Assembly: GCA_043754515.1 (NCBI GenBank) | Contig: JAYUUO010000138.1 | Span: 1 to 38,392, forward strand | Direction: 5' to 3' | DNA from: Armatimonadota bacterium | GTDB taxonomy: Bacteria > Armatimonadota > Armatimonadia > Armatimonadales > Armatimonadaceae | DNA: 38,392 nt | Part shown: one piece after another, positions 9,833 through 18,050 of the stretch | Layout of the letters: every line of letters starts with the position of its first letter | How positions within the stretch are numbered: position 1 is the stretch's first letter | Program-made: the position numbers and the translations under genes | The notes under the pieces: generated by a model | What the model was told of the DNA's origin: nothing | What the model saw: only the letters and a program-made list of their open reading frames with translations | Databases searched by the model: none

Positions 9833-9930
9833 ATAAGTAATCGGTCTGAATAAAGTTTGACTAAGTTCGACCTACTTCGAGAGTGAAACGAACGATTTTT
9901 AGTTAAACTTTATTCAGACCGATTACTTAT
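9833..9930. repeat. AT-rich 32-bp inverted repeat with 34-bp loop
   Basis: ATAAGTAATCGGTCTGAATAAAGTTTGACTAA (9833-9864) is the reverse complement of 9899-9930 with 1 mismatch. Confidence 0.92.
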
Positions 9931-9997
9931 ATACTATATTATATACTACGTTTGAAGCAGGCATTGCGGTAAAGACCGCCCTACGAAACTTTCCCAG

Positions 9998-10390
9998 CTA
10001 CTCCGAAAATACTGCCGCCTGGCTGCCCATGACGGGAGTGTAGGGCGTGGCATCTTTCGCGACGCGCGAGAACTCGCCCCACTCACCGAATAGCACCGCG
10101 TTCCCATCGGCGGGGACGTACATGACCCCGCCGAAGAACCCTTTGATGAGGCCCGGCATGATCGCGTTGCGGCTCGCGCGGACGACGGTTTGTGGCCGAC
10201 TCACCGCCGCGAGCTTGGCACAGGCGAGAGCATCCTGCGGCGAGTCGGCGGCGACGAGATAACCCTTGTCGTCTAGGCTGACCGAGAACCGCGCCCCACC
10301 CACATTTTCGACGACGTACACGATGTCGGGGAAGATCGGAACGGAACTCAGCAGAAACGAGTTTTTGTCGAGTTCCTTCGATGGGTTCAT
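9998..10390 (-). CDS. Hypothetical protein, last gene of the leftward operon
   Basis: ATG at 10390 with upstream GGGAG; coherent 130-aa ORF. Confidence 0.65.
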   Translation of the reverse strand: MNPSKELDKNSFLLSSVPIFPDIVYVVENVGGARFSVSLDDKGYLVAADSPQDALACAKLAAVSRPQTVVRASRNAIMPGLIKGFFGGVMYVPADGNAVLFGEWGEFSRVAKDATPYTPVMGSQAAVFSE

Positions 10391-10569
10391 GTCATCTTTT
10401 TCTCCCTCTCGCGATCGCGCAACCGGGCCAGGACGCGACCGTCCTCCGCCGTGATGCGGCAGACCGGCTCCACCACGCGCCAGAAGTGTCCCATCCACTC
10501 GAAGCGGCAGATCACTCGCTCCTCGCGTTCGAGGGGTTTGTCGAGCCGCGCGGCCCGCACATAGGTACT

Positions 10570-11829
10570 CTAGCGTGGGGTCATCGCGCCGTCACGCACG
10601 AGAGCGAACCCGACGCGCCCGTTATCCGCGACGGCGATGCCGCGGCTCCCGGTGATGGGGGAGGCTTTGGCCTCAGCGACGGCGCGGAAACACCGGAGGC
10701 AAAACTTCTCCCACACGGCGGCGCGTTTGCGCGCGGTGCGTACCTTGTCCGGATTCAGCGACCGGTATTCTCGCTTGCGGATGACGCGGGAATCCCTGTT
10801 GGCGCGGGCGTGGTTACGCGCTTCCTTTCGCCCGCACTCGCGGCACCGGGCATCCAGCCCGAACTGGCCGGCGGCGACGGGCGCGCAGTCGCTCACGGGG
10901 AGGATGAACGCGCAACCCGCGCACTGCTTTTTTCCTCGTTCATATAACCCGGCGTTTTGCTCGCGGTGTTCCCTACCCGGACGTGCGACGTAGCGCGCCG
11001 CGTCCACGTCGGACGCGAGCAGGCATGGCACGGGAAGGTACCCGCGTTGGAAAAACGCCGCGTTTGTTCCGTTCTGCCCGCCCTCCCGCGCGGCGCGTGC
11101 CGAGTCAAGAAAGCCGCTTTTGACTGCGGCGGCTTCTCTGGAACGCTCCGCATTTTTGCGTATCGCCGCGCTCTCGGCGGGCGTGTATCGCGGGACCGAA
11201 GGTTTCGCCCCCGGCGGCACCGCGAACGCGGGCGCGAGCGGTATGCCGTCCCTGATCCATCCACGCAACACCCTCACGTTGACGCCGCGCCGCGCCGCCG
11301 CATCCTCGCAGGTCATCAATATAGGCTCCGTGGAAAAACGCCGCGTTTGTTCCGTAGAATCGGCGAAACAAGTTTCGCCTGTGTTTCGTTCGTCCGTCTT
11401 CGCGATTCGCCCGAGGAAACCGCCACAGACAAAAGCGGCTGAGAGAGACGCAGCGTCTTCTCGATTTGACGAACTGGCGGTTTCCTCGTCTCCCCGCTCC
11501 AACCGAAAGATTCGCCCGAGCGACTCCGTGAGCGTGGCGACATCTACCGCCGTCTTGTCCTGGTTGCCGTGGCGACCGGCGATCATCACCATTAGACGCA
11601 TCGCCCTCAGCGCCCTCACGAGGCCGCCTTCAGGGACGTCGCGTCGCTCCCAGACCGTTGCCCCCCCCTCCGCGCAGAGGCGGACGGTTTTCGTGCCGGT
11701 TTCAGGGTTAGGGATGACCCTGACCTCGGAGCGGCGCACGCCGCTTACATTCAGCATCCGGGGTCTGACGGCCCCCCGCCTGAAACTATGGCCGCCTCGT
11801 GATCGCTTCGGCCTATTTTCCTTCGCCAT
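10570..11829 (-). CDS. HTH plus Zn-ribbon-like protein; the frame continues past an amber stop to 10387
   Basis: MTCEDAAARRGVNVRVLRGWIRDG (HTH_17-like) and KQCAGC...CREC followed by a basic helix; contains repeat islands. Confidence 0.55.
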   Translation of the reverse strand: MAKENRPKRSRGGHSFRRGAVRPRMLNVSGVRRSEVRVIPNPETGTKTVRLCAEGGATVWERRDVPEGGLVRALRAMRLMVMIAGRHGNQDKTAVDVATLTESLGRIFRLERGDEETASSSNREDAASLSAAFVCGGFLGRIAKTDERNTGETCFADSTEQTRRFSTEPILMTCEDAAARRGVNVRVLRGWIRDGIPLAPAFAVPPGAKPSVPRYTPAESAAIRKNAERSREAAAVKSGFLDSARAAREGGQNGTNAAFFQRGYLPVPCLLASDVDAARYVARPGREHREQNAGLYERGKKQCAGCAFILPVSDCAPVAAGQFGLDARCRECGRKEARNHARANRDSRVIRKREYRSLNPDKVRTARKRAAVWEKFCLRCFRAVAEAKASPITGSRGIAVADNGRVGFALVRDGAMTPR

Positions 11830-12020
11830 TATTATTCCTTTTCAGATCAAACTCGACGACTCGGAAAAAACTCCGTTGGAAACGAGTTTCCTCCGAGTTC
11901 TCGGAGGAAGCGACCGCCCTTGGACACACCGCTTGTCGGACTCGCACCGACACTTTGAGGGTGTAGATTCCTCTGCCTCTGCTGTTGGGCTAAAGCGGCT
12001 CATTCGGTATTTCGCCGCGC

Positions 12021-12869
12021 CTATGGGTCCTCATGAGGCGGTGAAGCCGTCACGTGGGAAAACTCGCTCGGCTCGTCGTTTTGGTTATGGGGGCAGAACC
12101 CGGCGCGGGTGTGCCACGCGTTCACATCCTCGGCGCAGATCTGGCAGTGGTGGTTCAGTATCGCCGCGACGTTCACCGCCCCGTAGCCGACCGGGTCGTT
12201 CGCCAGCGTATGCCAGTAGCCCGTCCCGGCGTTCGACGCCGGGACGGTGCGGTAGCGGGCGATCTGCGAGAACGTCCGCTCCGCGTCTTGCCGCTGGTAA
12301 CGCGCCTCGTTATCGGGGGCCTTCCCGGTAGATATCTCGCTCTGTACCTGCGTCCAATAGTGCATCATTCGGAGGCCGGCGAAAGCGTACTGGTCCAGTT
12401 CCGCGAACACCTCGGGCCGTGCCAGTCCTTTGCGGTAGATGGTTACGCACCGTCGCAGGAAGGCGATCAAGGCGGGTTGCGGCTCGGTGCCCGGCGTGGT
12501 ATCCGGCGCGGCGGCGAGCGCGATGCGCCGGTACTCGTCGCGCTCGGCGCGGATGCGCCGATTCTCGGCGGCGAGTTGCTCGATATGACCCAGCAAATCA
12601 TTTTTCGTGGTTGTCATCTTTACTCCTGTATTGACCGAGTGGACGCTCGCGCCGGTGAACCATACGAAGGAGGAACGCTCGCGTTCCTCCTTCGTATGGT
12701 TCACCGGCGCGAGCGTTCCTCCGCGCGTGTTCTCTCTGAAACTGCGGCCGTTCACACAAATCGAGAAGACGCGGCGTCTCTCTTTCGCGGCGATTTTGTG
12801 GTTCAAAACAAACCGGACAGAAGCGTCAACCGTGGGATCACCTGGCCGAACTGGTATGTACCGCGTCAT
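12021..12869 (-). CDS. Hypothetical phage protein (start 12869 or 12617)
   Basis: ATGA overlap at 12869; alternative ATG at 12617 with AGGAG RBS; coiled-coil N-terminal part. Confidence 0.6.
   Translation of the reverse strand: MTRYIPVRPGDPTVDASVRFVLNHKIAAKERRRVFSICVNGRSFRENTRGGTLAPVNHTKEERERSSFVWFTGASVHSVNTGVKMTTTKNDLLGHIEQLAAENRRIRAERDEYRRIALAAAPDTTPGTEPQPALIAFLRRCVTIYRKGLARPEVFAELDQYAFAGLRMMHYWTQVQSEISTGKAPDNEARYQRQDAERTFSQIARYRTVPASNAGTGYWHTLANDPVGYGAVNVAAILNHHCQICAEDVNAWHTRAGFCPHNQNDEPSEFSHVTASPPHEDP
12643..12716. repeat. Perfect palindrome, 36-bp arms with 2-nt centre
   Basis: ACGCTCGCGCCGGTGAACCATACGAAGGAGGAACGC-TC-GCGTTCCTCCTTCGTATGGTTCACCGGCGCGAGCGT. Confidence 0.97.
12744..12801 (+). 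repeat. 58-bp repeat island, copy 1 (exact inverted copy at 34146-34203)
   Basis: GCGGCCGTTCACACAAATCGAGAAGACGCGGCGTCTCTCTTTCGCGGCGATTTTGTGG. Confidence 0.95.
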
Positions 12870-13420
12870 GCCATGATCCTTTCTTTCGCACCGTTTCGGT
12901 ACTCTTCCAGAGCGGCTTCATACGCCACCATGGCCGGGAGGAGCGTGCGCAGCTCCCCCGACCAGTACCGCAGTTCCAGCAGGTGTTGCCGGGCCCTCTG
13001 TTCCATCTCGGGCGACGACTGAGCCGCGTCGGCTTTCTTACGCTCGTACAGTAGCAGGTAGCCGTTCGCGGCATCGCGGATCCGGTCGTTCGGGTTCTCC
13101 GACCCCTCGCCGGACCGAACTGGTCTGCCCGCCCCATCCGCCGCCGCCGTCCGCCAGGGGCGCGGGCGGCACGGGAGGCGCAGGGCGAGCGCGGCGGCGA
13201 TCAGCGTCACGAACGGCTCCAGCGGCTTCGGGATCGGGTGCTGCCTGTCGCTGGGGGCCGACAGGGCGGATCCCTCGACGTACTCCGGTAGGATGAACGT
13301 GACGTAGGAGGGACGCCCGGTGCGTTGACGTGAGTCATCCGCCACCCTCTCGAAACTCGTTCCGGGAGATTCGGAACGCGCCCCGAAAGACACGCCCGTC
13401 TCGAGGTCAAGCGTTTCCAC
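12866..13420 (-). CDS. Hypothetical phage protein
   Basis: GTG at 13420 with GGAGGT RBS, overlapping the end of the upstream gene; its stop overlaps the next ATG. Confidence 0.6.
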   Translation of the reverse strand: METLDLETGVSFGARSESPGTSFERVADDSRQRTGRPSYVTFILPEYVEGSALSAPSDRQHPIPKPLEPFVTLIAAALALRLPCRPRPWRTAAADGAGRPVRSGEGSENPNDRIRDAANGYLLLYERKKADAAQSSPEMEQRARQHLLELRYWSGELRTLLPAMVAYEAALEEYRNGAKERIMA

Positions 13421-14741
13421 TGGCGGTACCTCCGGGGGATCTGGCCGAACCGATTTTCCGCCGGATCGCGGCGATTCCCGAAGCGGCCTCGGAGAAATCG
13501 CCGCGATCCGTTCCGGGAAAAACGCGCGGCGCGTTCGCGACATCGGCAGAAACAAGTTCTCGGCAAAAGCCGCTTTTGCCTGAATGCCTGTGCCACAAAA
13601 CTGCGGCAGTTTGTGTGTCTGCGGCATTTTCGCTTGTTCCGGGAAAAACGCGCGGCGCGTTTGTTCCGGGTAGCTCGTCCCACGGGACCGGCGCGCCCCC
13701 GTTCTTTTTCCGCCAGAACCACCGCGCCTGGTCGCGCACCACGTCCGACAATGGGTCGGGGGCATGCCCGGTGCCGTTCCTCACTGCGTCGAAGGCGAGG
13801 CGCAACAGATCCCGCGCCTCGCCCTCCGGGACGCCGGGGAGCCAGGCAGCGGGCACGGGCAGCTTAGGCGCGGCGGGTTTGTCCGCCGCCCGGACCGCCC
13901 GGTTCGTCGCGACCGCCTCGCGCTCCGCCGAGCGTTCGGCGCGGCCCCGCTCGGCGAGCCACCAGCCCGGTAGTTTCCACTCCCCTGACTTGACCCGGCG
14001 GGCTATGTTCAGCGCGTATCCGGCGCAGTCGTCCTCCGATACGGAGAGATTCCCCTTCTCGATGCGCCGTAGCGTAACGCCGAACGCGTCCTCGAGTGTC
14101 GCCACCCCGAGAGAGTCCACGAGTTTCGCGATAGATCTGCCCCACACCCCGCATTTGCGCATAGTAGCAACAACACCCCAGGCCTCCGGCGGTAGAGCAA
14201 CTTCGGACACGTCGGCATCTCGTTTTTCGCCGGTTTGCCGTAATTGTTTCTCCGATTTATCCACGTTAGTAGTAGAATGGGATGACGTACCCCGTGACAA
14301 TAGGGGTGACACGGCGGGCGAAGATTGAGACGGCGCGGGGGCACCCGGAGGCACCGCGTGTTGCCTGGGTCTACGCCTTGCCGGTATGTTTTCGAGCATC
14401 GGTTTGGTGGGCGGGCCGGCGGGCACGGGCACGTGCGACTCCCAGCCCGGTATCTGGGACGAGTGGACGCGTGGGTAGATCGTCGTGATGCCGCCCGGTT
14501 GGCGGACGCGTTCGATGTACCCCAGGCGCTCCAGCTCCTCCTCTAGCCGGTACACGTGACGTTTCGTGATGCCGCCGAGCCACTCGGCGAACGTCCCGAC
14601 CTTGATCATGACCCAGCCGATCACCTCGCCGAGTTTGTTCTTCTTTTCGGCGTAGCGGCAGATCTTGCGGAGGAGCTTGATCGCCGTGCCCGACGGGATC
14701 TCGCCCGTATTTATGTCGAGCGACAACTGGGCTTGTTGCAT
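13407..14741 (-). CDS. Putative phage replication initiator (N-terminal winged HTH)
   Basis: IKVGTFAEWLGGITKRHVYRLEEELERLGYIERVRQPG wHTH, then a Pro/Ser-rich linker and C-terminal domain, the usual layout of phage Rep proteins. Confidence 0.6.
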   Translation of the reverse strand: MQQAQLSLDINTGEIPSGTAIKLLRKICRYAEKKNKLGEVIGWVMIKVGTFAEWLGGITKRHVYRLEEELERLGYIERVRQPGGITTIYPRVHSSQIPGWESHVPVPAGPPTKPMLENIPARRRPRQHAVPPGAPAPSQSSPAVSPLLSRGTSSHSTTNVDKSEKQLRQTGEKRDADVSEVALPPEAWGVVATMRKCGVWGRSIAKLVDSLGVATLEDAFGVTLRRIEKGNLSVSEDDCAGYALNIARRVKSGEWKLPGWWLAERGRAERSAEREAVATNRAVRAADKPAAPKLPVPAAWLPGVPEGEARDLLRLAFDAVRNGTGHAPDPLSDVVRDQARWFWRKKNGGAPVPWDELPGTNAPRVFPGTSENAADTQTAAVLWHRHSGKSGFCRELVSADVANAPRVFPGTDRGDFSEAASGIAAIRRKIGSARSPGGTASGNA

Positions 14742-14852
14742 CAGAGTAGTTCGCCTTTCGACGGGGCGGCGAAACAAGGCGTTCCCGCCCGAGACGACGA
14801 CCCAGCGGGTGATAGCGAATCTCCGCCGGGTGGGTCGGCAGACGACATATGA

Positions 14853-15251
14853 TTATTTTCCTGTAGCGATAACACAATCCGTATTCCCTTCCCCCTCGGG
14901 TTCCTCCGCTTGTTTCGCGGAAAGCAATTTTCGCACGAGACGCACCGCCATCTCCGAGACCACCTCGTACTGTTGCGAGTCCACCGTCCTGCCCTTCTCC
15001 CGCACCCAGTAACGCCGCACGCTGTTCTGGATCGGGACAGGGACGAGTCGCCAGTGTTCGGCGCACAGAAGGATACGACCGGCTATGGGCGTGCCGCAGA
15101 CGGCGCACGGTGCCGGGAAAAAAGAGTGGCTTTTACCCGCCCCTTCGATGCCATATTCGTCCATTTCCGGAATCGCGATCATCGCTAAAAATATCTCCTT
15201 GAAGCACGGGCTATCAGTGAAAACCGAGGCCTCCGATTGCCTCCGGCACAA
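14853..15251 (-). CDS. Small Zn-binding phage protein (start uncertain)
   Basis: CAVCG...LLCAEHWRLVP.PIQ motif typical of small phage proteins. Confidence 0.6.
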   Translation of the reverse strand: MCRRQSEASVFTDSPCFKEIFLAMIAIPEMDEYGIEGAGKSHSFFPAPCAVCGTPIAGRILLCAEHWRLVPVPIQNSVRRYWVREKGRTVDSQQYEVVSEMAVRLVRKLLSAKQAEEPEGEGNTDCVIATGK

Positions 15252-15261
15252 ACGGTATGTG

Positions 15262-15981
15262 TCACCGGCGGTAGCCTCCGACTTTATGTTTGTCCGAGAG
15301 AAGCCGCTTCATTGCGTCGCCGGGTATACCCGCGTAGCGCGACACCAGTTCGCCGCTCCGTAGGCTCCACCGCAAGCCGTGACCGGGGCATGTGACGCAC
15401 CCGTCCGCGTCCACGGACAGGGACGCCAAAGGAAAGCCGCGGTGCGGGCAGACCGGGTTCGAAATGTCCGCGATGCGCTTGCCGTCACAGAGACGTTCGC
15501 ACCGTAGCGTGACCGGAACAAACGCGCCACGCGTTTTTCCACGCTGGTAAAAATTGGGGAACTGCTCACAGCCTATAGGGAACAAACGCGCCGCGCGTTT
15601 TTCAGGGAACGTGGGCATCGGGCGAACACACCGGCGCAAAAGAACACGCACGACGGAAAAAACTTCGCTTCGTTTCGTCTTCACACTAGTCAACGCTTCT
15701 ATTTGCCCCATGCGCCGCTCCCAACCGGGCGTGTTCGGCGCGACGCCGAAATGCTCGATCACGAGCCGCCTTGATACGAACCGGAAATCGGGGTGGTAGT
15801 GTTGCTCCGAAACGCCGAGTTCGGCGTCCGTGTGCGCCGCGCCGATAATCGGAAGCCAGAACGTCTTGTCGGTGCCCTTCCGGTGCCGGAGGAGACACCG
15901 CACGCGGTACTCTTTGCCGACCACGGGCGGGGCGGCGAGCGTGTCTACGAAAGGTGCTTTCTTGTACGGTTTATGCGGCAT
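15262..15981 (-). CDS. Rieske [2Fe-2S]-motif protein
   Basis: C-terminal CPHRG...VTCPGHGLRWSLRSG has both Rieske ligand boxes. Confidence 0.75.
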   Translation of the reverse strand: MPHKPYKKAPFVDTLAAPPVVGKEYRVRCLLRHRKGTDKTFWLPIIGAAHTDAELGVSEQHYHPDFRFVSRRLVIEHFGVAPNTPGWERRMGQIEALTSVKTKRSEVFSVVRVLLRRCVRPMPTFPEKRAARLFPIGCEQFPNFYQRGKTRGAFVPVTLRCERLCDGKRIADISNPVCPHRGFPLASLSVDADGCVTCPGHGLRWSLRSGELVSRYAGIPGDAMKRLLSDKHKVGGYRR

Positions 15982-16297
15982 GACATTGTCGCTCCTGTGC
16001 GCCCGTTTTTCCCGGTGGCTCACACTCGCTGCACAAGTCATCACCGACCCAATAGCACCCTTCCTCGCACCCTTCCTCGTCCGTGCATCCGCAACGGTGG
16101 CAGAAGCGGATGCCATGCTCCGTGCAGCGGCGGCAATAAATCGCGCCCTGCGGGGTCGTCATGTAGCCGAACGTTTTGTGCCGGATCCCTCCGCCCGGTA
16201 GCTCTTCGTACACGGCCTCCCGCGCGTGGGGGGAAAACCGCCCCTCGACGACGGGCGCGAAGCAGCGGTCGCAAGCGCGTCTCATGTCATCCGTCAT
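15971..16297 (-). CDS. Cys-rich phage protein
   Basis: CHRCGCTDEEGCEEGCYWVGDDLCSEC motif. Confidence 0.7.
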   Translation of the reverse strand: MTDDMRRACDRCFAPVVEGRFSPHAREAVYEELPGGGIRHKTFGYMTTPQGAIYCRRCTEHGIRFCHRCGCTDEEGCEEGCYWVGDDLCSECEPPGKTGAQERQCHAA

Positions 16298-16320
16298 TCG
16301 AAAACAAATCCTTCCATACG

Positions 16321-17004
16321 TTATCGCCCCCAAACAACCGCGCATGCGCTGGTCGGCGGCATCTCCACCACCACGGCCGTGCGGGCGCAGTTGACCACCA
16401 GCGTGTCCGTGCCATCCGAGTACACGGATCCCGCCGCTTCATGGACATGCCCGCACACGACGAGGCGCGGCTTCTCACGTCCTAAGTAGGAGCGCAAGCC
16501 GGGAGGCCCTATGTGCCGCTCGTCGCCGAGCGTGATCGCCGCGTCGGGGGCGAGACTCATCAGACGACCGGCAACATCGAGCACGCCCGAAGGGGGACAA
16601 TGCGAGACGATGATGTCCGCGTGAGGCATGGCGTCCCACAGTAGCTGGTCCTCATCCGGATCCGCCGTCATCCGCGCCCACTCCCGAGCGAGTTCGGGCC
16701 TGTCGAAACACGGGGACAAAGACGCGCCGAACACGGAGCCGGCAGGGTACCCGTGTCGCGTCCCTGCTCGCGCCGTGAAAGGGCCGCACTTCAACCATGG
16801 CGTCACATCCACGTCGTATATGTTCTCGCGGTCGAAGTGATCGTTCGGCATGTCCACGTCGTGGTTACCGAGGATGTAGTACACGTCCGCATACTTTCGT
16901 GCCATGTCCGCGAGCCAGGCCGAGGCGTCGCGCACTTCCCGTGGCCGCGTCATCCCGCGATTCGTTCCGGTCGGATTCCCGTTCGCGGCTTCTCTTTTAG
17001 GCAT
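16321..17004 (-). CDS. Metallophosphoesterase family protein lacking the N-terminal motifs
   Basis: GNHD, SHCPP and GHVHE present; DxH and GD motifs not found. Confidence 0.75.
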   Translation of the reverse strand: MPKREAANGNPTGTNRGMTRPREVRDASAWLADMARKYADVYYILGNHDVDMPNDHFDRENIYDVDVTPWLKCGPFTARAGTRHGYPAGSVFGASLSPCFDRPELAREWARMTADPDEDQLLWDAMPHADIIVSHCPPSGVLDVAGRLMSLAPDAAITLGDERHIGPPGLRSYLGREKPRLVVCGHVHEAAGSVYSDGTDTLVVNCARTAVVVEMPPTSACAVVWGR

Positions 17005-17383
17005 CGTGTTCTTCCTCCTGCTCTTGGCAAACCGCGGCGGTTTCCGACTGTTCGATCGTCCACTCCAAACCCTCCAGAGTGATGCCGCGCGCTTCGGCAA
17101 GCGCACGGATTTCCGCATCCTCGCGTAACTTGTCGGCGAACGAGATCAGGGTCGCGCGTCTGTCACGTGGGTAGACGTAGCGGTAGTTCAGCGCGGCGTA
17201 GAACTCGGGATGGACGAGGCGCGACGTTTCCGTGTGTCCGTTGCTTGCCGTCCACGAACGGACCTGGAACACACGGTTCAGTGCGACAAGCTCCGCGAGC
17301 TTGTCGGCGCGGAGCCGGTTCATGCCGGTCACGATGGCGGATGTCGTCGGGGACCGCCGCGCCGAGAAGCCGAAGCACATCAT
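16997..17383 (-). CDS. Hypothetical phage protein
   Basis: Overlaps both neighbours in the operon. Confidence 0.6.
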   Translation of the reverse strand: MMCFGFSARRSPTTSAIVTGMNRLRADKLAELVALNRVFQVRSWTASNGHTETSRLVHPEFYAALNYRYVYPRDRRATLISFADKLREDAEIRALAEARGITLEGLEWTIEQSETAAVCQEQEEEHDA

Positions 17384-17700
17384 GGCGTCGCCTTCCGGAG
17401 CCGCTCGGCGCGGACACTCTCTCGTTTTCGTTCCGTGATCGGAGCCTTGACGCGTTTCACGATGACCTTCCAGTCGCCGAGCGCGATGCCGTCCTTATGC
17501 ATCCCGTCCAGCCGGACAGTCGTGTTCGTGCCGCCCATCTCATCGGAAAGACGCACTAGGGCGAGCATAGCGGCGTACGCCACGCCCACGCTGTCCGAAG
17601 TGGCACCCGCGAACGCGCTACATGAAGCGCGGACCGTGCGCCCCAGCTCCAGATCCGAATCCGGGAAAGACGCCGCGTTTGTTCCGAGATCGTGTTTCAT
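17380..17700 (-). CDS. Hypothetical phage protein
   Basis: Start and stop overlap neighbouring genes. Confidence 0.6.
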   Translation of the reverse strand: MKHDLGTNAASFPDSDLELGRTVRASCSAFAGATSDSVGVAYAAMLALVRLSDEMGGTNTTVRLDGMHKDGIALGDWKVIVKRVKAPITERKRESVRAERLRKATP

Positions 17701-18050
17701 CAATTCAGCACCCTCCTGCTCGCGGTTCTGACAGCGTCAGACAGCCGTCTAAAGCCTCCGCGCGCACACATCGCCTCCCGCCGGATCTCCTCCAAACGGG
17801 CCGGGTCGGCGGCAATCCGCGCGACTTCGTTGGCGGACAGCACGATCGCCGCCGCCACGGTACGGGCTGTCTCCGGCGATAGCAGCACCGTGACGCAGAG
17901 GCCCCGCGAGTCGAAAACCGTTGCGGTTTGTCGAGAGTCGGTCAGGGACAACCCGACCTCCACCATCCCGTCTTCCCGGACGCCGACGCCGAGCTTGACC
18001 AGACTCTGTTCCGTTTCCTCAGGCAAAACTTGTTTTGCCGACTTAGCCAT
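17700..18050 (-). CDS. Hypothetical phage protein
   Basis: GGAGG RBS; coupled to neighbours. Confidence 0.6.
   Translation of the reverse strand: MAKSAKQVLPEETEQSLVKLGVGVREDGMVEVGLSLTDSRQTATVFDSRGLCVTVLLSPETARTVAAAIVLSANEVARIAADPARLEEIRREAMCARGGFRRLSDAVRTASRRVLN

Noticed and set aside
9833..9930. Mini CRISPR array (32-34-32 spacing)
   Set aside because: The two units are inverted, not direct, and unrelated to the I-E repeat.
9998..10390. Anti-CRISPR call for the small gene converging on cas6e
   Set aside because: Only proximity supports it; no recognisable Acr similarity.
11120..14328. Long plus-strand ORFs (11120-12331, 12054-13022, 13330-14328) and similar antisense ORFs elsewhere
   Set aside because: Shadow frames of high-GC minus-strand genes, with Arg/Ser/Pro-rich composition and no motifs.
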